A DNA stretch of 64,000 nt, taken from positions 42,769 to 106,768 of the forward strand of contig NIVC01001865.1 of NCBI GenBank assembly GCA_002269645.1. The letters run 5' to 3'. Source of the DNA: Macrostomum lignano. Lineage: Eukaryota. Below, one piece after another: positions 61,196-64,000 of this stretch (position 1 is the first letter of the stretch; every line of letters starts with the position of its first letter). The position numbers and the translations under genes were made by a program. Under the pieces are notes generated by a model. It made no database searches. It was not told where the DNA came from and saw only the letters and a program-made list of their open reading frames with translations.

Positions 61196-61909
61196 CGCTG
61201 CGCCAGGAGTCTAACAACCCTGCGGCGAATATAGTTATTATGTAAAGCACCAGTTCTATGCAGTAAAACGAGTCCCTTCCATATAACTGTAGCATCGCAG
61301 CCCCCTGTCTGCCCGCTGCCATGGGTTGCTGCAAATCCCAGCAACTCGAGGGCCTCGCGGAAATACAAAAGCGAGAAACAGCGGGATGGGGAGCCGAGCC
61401 ATGCCAAAGGCTAGCAAGGGGATCAGAACGGGTAGCAGCGGGAGCGGATTTCTCCCAGAACTGGAGACTGCGGATGAAGGGCTGCGGCACAGTTAATTAG
61501 AAATCCAGCCCCATCCGAGCGCATCCCGGATGCTGAGAAGAAGCCGCAGAGTCTCCCCAGCTTCCTTGCTTCATTCAACTTCTTTCTCTCTGCCTCTGCT
61601 CGCACACAGAAGTTCCCGGATCTGAAACTCATTGGCTATGAGTAGGCGGCCCGTCGCTTTGCTCACATCCTGCCTGGAAGCGGGGGCGGCGGCTCAGTGA
61701 GGCCTGGCCTGTCATTTTCTGTGCCGCCTGGGGAAAATGGCGACGCATGCAAACTCTATGGAATAAATAAAATCAACTTTGCGGCTCGGCTAGGGCGATC
61801 GAATAAAGTCCTTGACCCATTGGGGACATGAAAATGCCGAGTACGTTGGGAATATCCGATATTTAATGTCTGAAATATGTTGCCAGATATCCACTGTGCG
61901 TAAAATGCC

Positions 61910-64000
61910 CGAAATCTAATGTCCGATATCTAATGTCCGAAATATAATGTCCGAACTCTACTGCTCGAAATCTATTGTCCGAACTCTACTGCCCGAAATC
62001 TACTGCTCGAAATCTAATGTCCGATATCAATGTCCGAACTCTACTGCCCGAAATCTAATGTCCGAAATCTCAACTGCTCGAAATCTAATGTCCGAACTCA
62101 ACTGCCTCGAAATCTAATGTCCGAACTCAACTGCTCGAAATCTAATGTCCGAACTCTACTGCCCGAAATCTACTGCTCGAAATCTAATGTCCGATATCCA
62201 ATGTCCGAACTCTACTGCCCGAAATCTAATGTCCGAATCTAACTGCTCGATATCTAATGTCCGAACTCTACTGCCCGAAATCTAATGTCCGAATCTATGT
62301 CCGATATCTAATGTCCGAACTCTACTGCCCGATATCTAATGTCCGATATCTATGTCCGATATCTAATGTCCGATATCTAATGCCCGATATCTAATGTCCG
62401 ATATCAATGTCCGATATCGAATGTCCGATATCTAATGTCCGATATCTAATGTCCGATATCCAATGTCCGATATCGAATGTCCGATATCTAATGCCCGATA
62501 TCTAATGTCCGATATCAATGTCCGAACTCTACTGCCCGATATCTAATGTCCGATATCTAATGTCCGATATCGAATGTCCGATATCGAATGTCCGATATCT
62601 AATGTCCGATATCTAATGTCCGATATCCAATGTCCGATATCTAATGTCCGATATCTAATGCCCGATATCTAATGTCCGATATCCAATGTCCGAACTCTAC
62701 TGCCCGATATCTAATGTCCGATATCTAATGTCCGATATCGAATGTCCGATATCGAATGTCCGATATCGAATGTCCGATATCTAATGTCCGATATCTAATG
62801 TCCGATATCCAATGTCCGATATCGAATGTCCGATATCTAATGCCCGATATCTAATGTCCGATATCCAATGTCCGAACTCTACTGCCCGATATCTAATGTC
62901 CGATATCTAATGTCCGATATCGAATGTCCGATATCGAATGTCCGATATCTAATGTCCGATATCTAATGTCCGATATCCAATGTCCGATATCTAATGTCCG
63001 ATATCTAATGCCCGATATCTAATGTCCGATATCCAATGTCCGAACTCTACTGCCCGATATCTAATGTCCGATATCTAATGTCCGATATCGAATGTCCGAT
63101 ATCGAATGTCCGATATCTAATGTCCGATATCTAATGTCCGATATCGAATGTCCGATATCGAATGTCCGATATCTAATGTCCGATATCTAATGTCCGATAT
63201 CCAATGTCCGATATCTAATGTCCGATATCTAATGCCCGATATCTAATGTCCGATATCCAATGTCCGATATCGAATGTCCGATATCTAATGTCCAATATCT
63301 AATGTCCGATATCTAATGTCCGATATCTAATGTCCGAAATATAATGTCCGATATGTAATGTCCGATATCCAATGTCCGATATCCAATGACCGATATCTAA
63401 TGTCCGATATCTAATGTCCGATATCCAATGTCCGATATCTAATGTCCGATAACGAATGTCCGATATCTAATGTCCGATATCCAATGTCCGATATCTAATG
63501 TCCGATATCCAATGTCCGATATCCAATGTCCGATATCCAATGTCCAATATCTAATGTCCGAACTCTACTGCCCGAAATCTAATGTGCGAACTCTACTGCT
63601 CGATATATAATGTCCGATATCCAATGTCCGATATCGAATGTCCGATATCTAATGTCCAATATCTAATGTCCGATATCTAATGTCCGATATCTAATGTCCG
63701 AAATATAATGTCCGATATGTAATGTCCGATATCCAATGTCCGATATCCAATGACCGATATCTAATGTCCGATATCCAATGTCCGATATCGAATGTCCGAT
63801 ATCTAATGTCCAATATCTAATGTCCGATATCTAATGTCCGAAATATAATGTCCGATATGTAATGTCCGATATGTAATGTCCGATATCCAATGTCCGATAT
63901 CAATGACGATATCTAATGTCCGATATCTAATGTCCGATATCTAATGTCCGAAATATAATGACGATATCTAATGTCCGATAATATAATGACTGATATCTAA
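61910..64000. repeat. 14-bp-based satellite AATGTCCGATATCT with higher-order variants (CCGAACTCTACTGC); runs off the window
   Basis: Directly visible, more than 2 kb. Confidence 0.97.

Overview
This is animal genomic DNA: GC-rich exons, GT-AG introns that often hold minisatellites, and AT-rich spacers. That architecture resembles a free-living flatworm such as Macrostomum, but the taxon is an inference. Many entries in the ORF track are artefacts of tandem repeats. Genes I could splice together by hand: the last exon of a polypeptide GalNAc-transferase (+); a small secreted Cys-containing protein (-); a complete 8-exon Venus kinase receptor (-, 1178 aa); a dve/COMPASS two-homeodomain gene (+, 5' end uncertain); an LRR-TM receptor with a divergent TIR-like domain that the ORF track misses (+); a single-exon secreted C-type lectin (+); a 2-exon Q/P/G/Y-rich protein (+); and the last exon of an SLC9B/NHA antiporter (-). 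Mobile DNA: a Mag-type Ty3/Gypsy element with identical 204-bp LTRs but a broken pol; a CACTA-like non-autonomous element carrying a spliced BEN/DUF4806-like remnant; two copies of a tRNA-derived SINE with a MIR-like CORE; a second SINE-like family; a Ginger/integrase relic; and two MITE-like foldbacks. About 26 tandem arrays are present. The strongest leads are the Toll-like receptor, whose TIR is reached only through an alternative acceptor or a 1-nt frameshift, and the systematic minisatellite filling of introns, some of it made of branch-point-like motifs.
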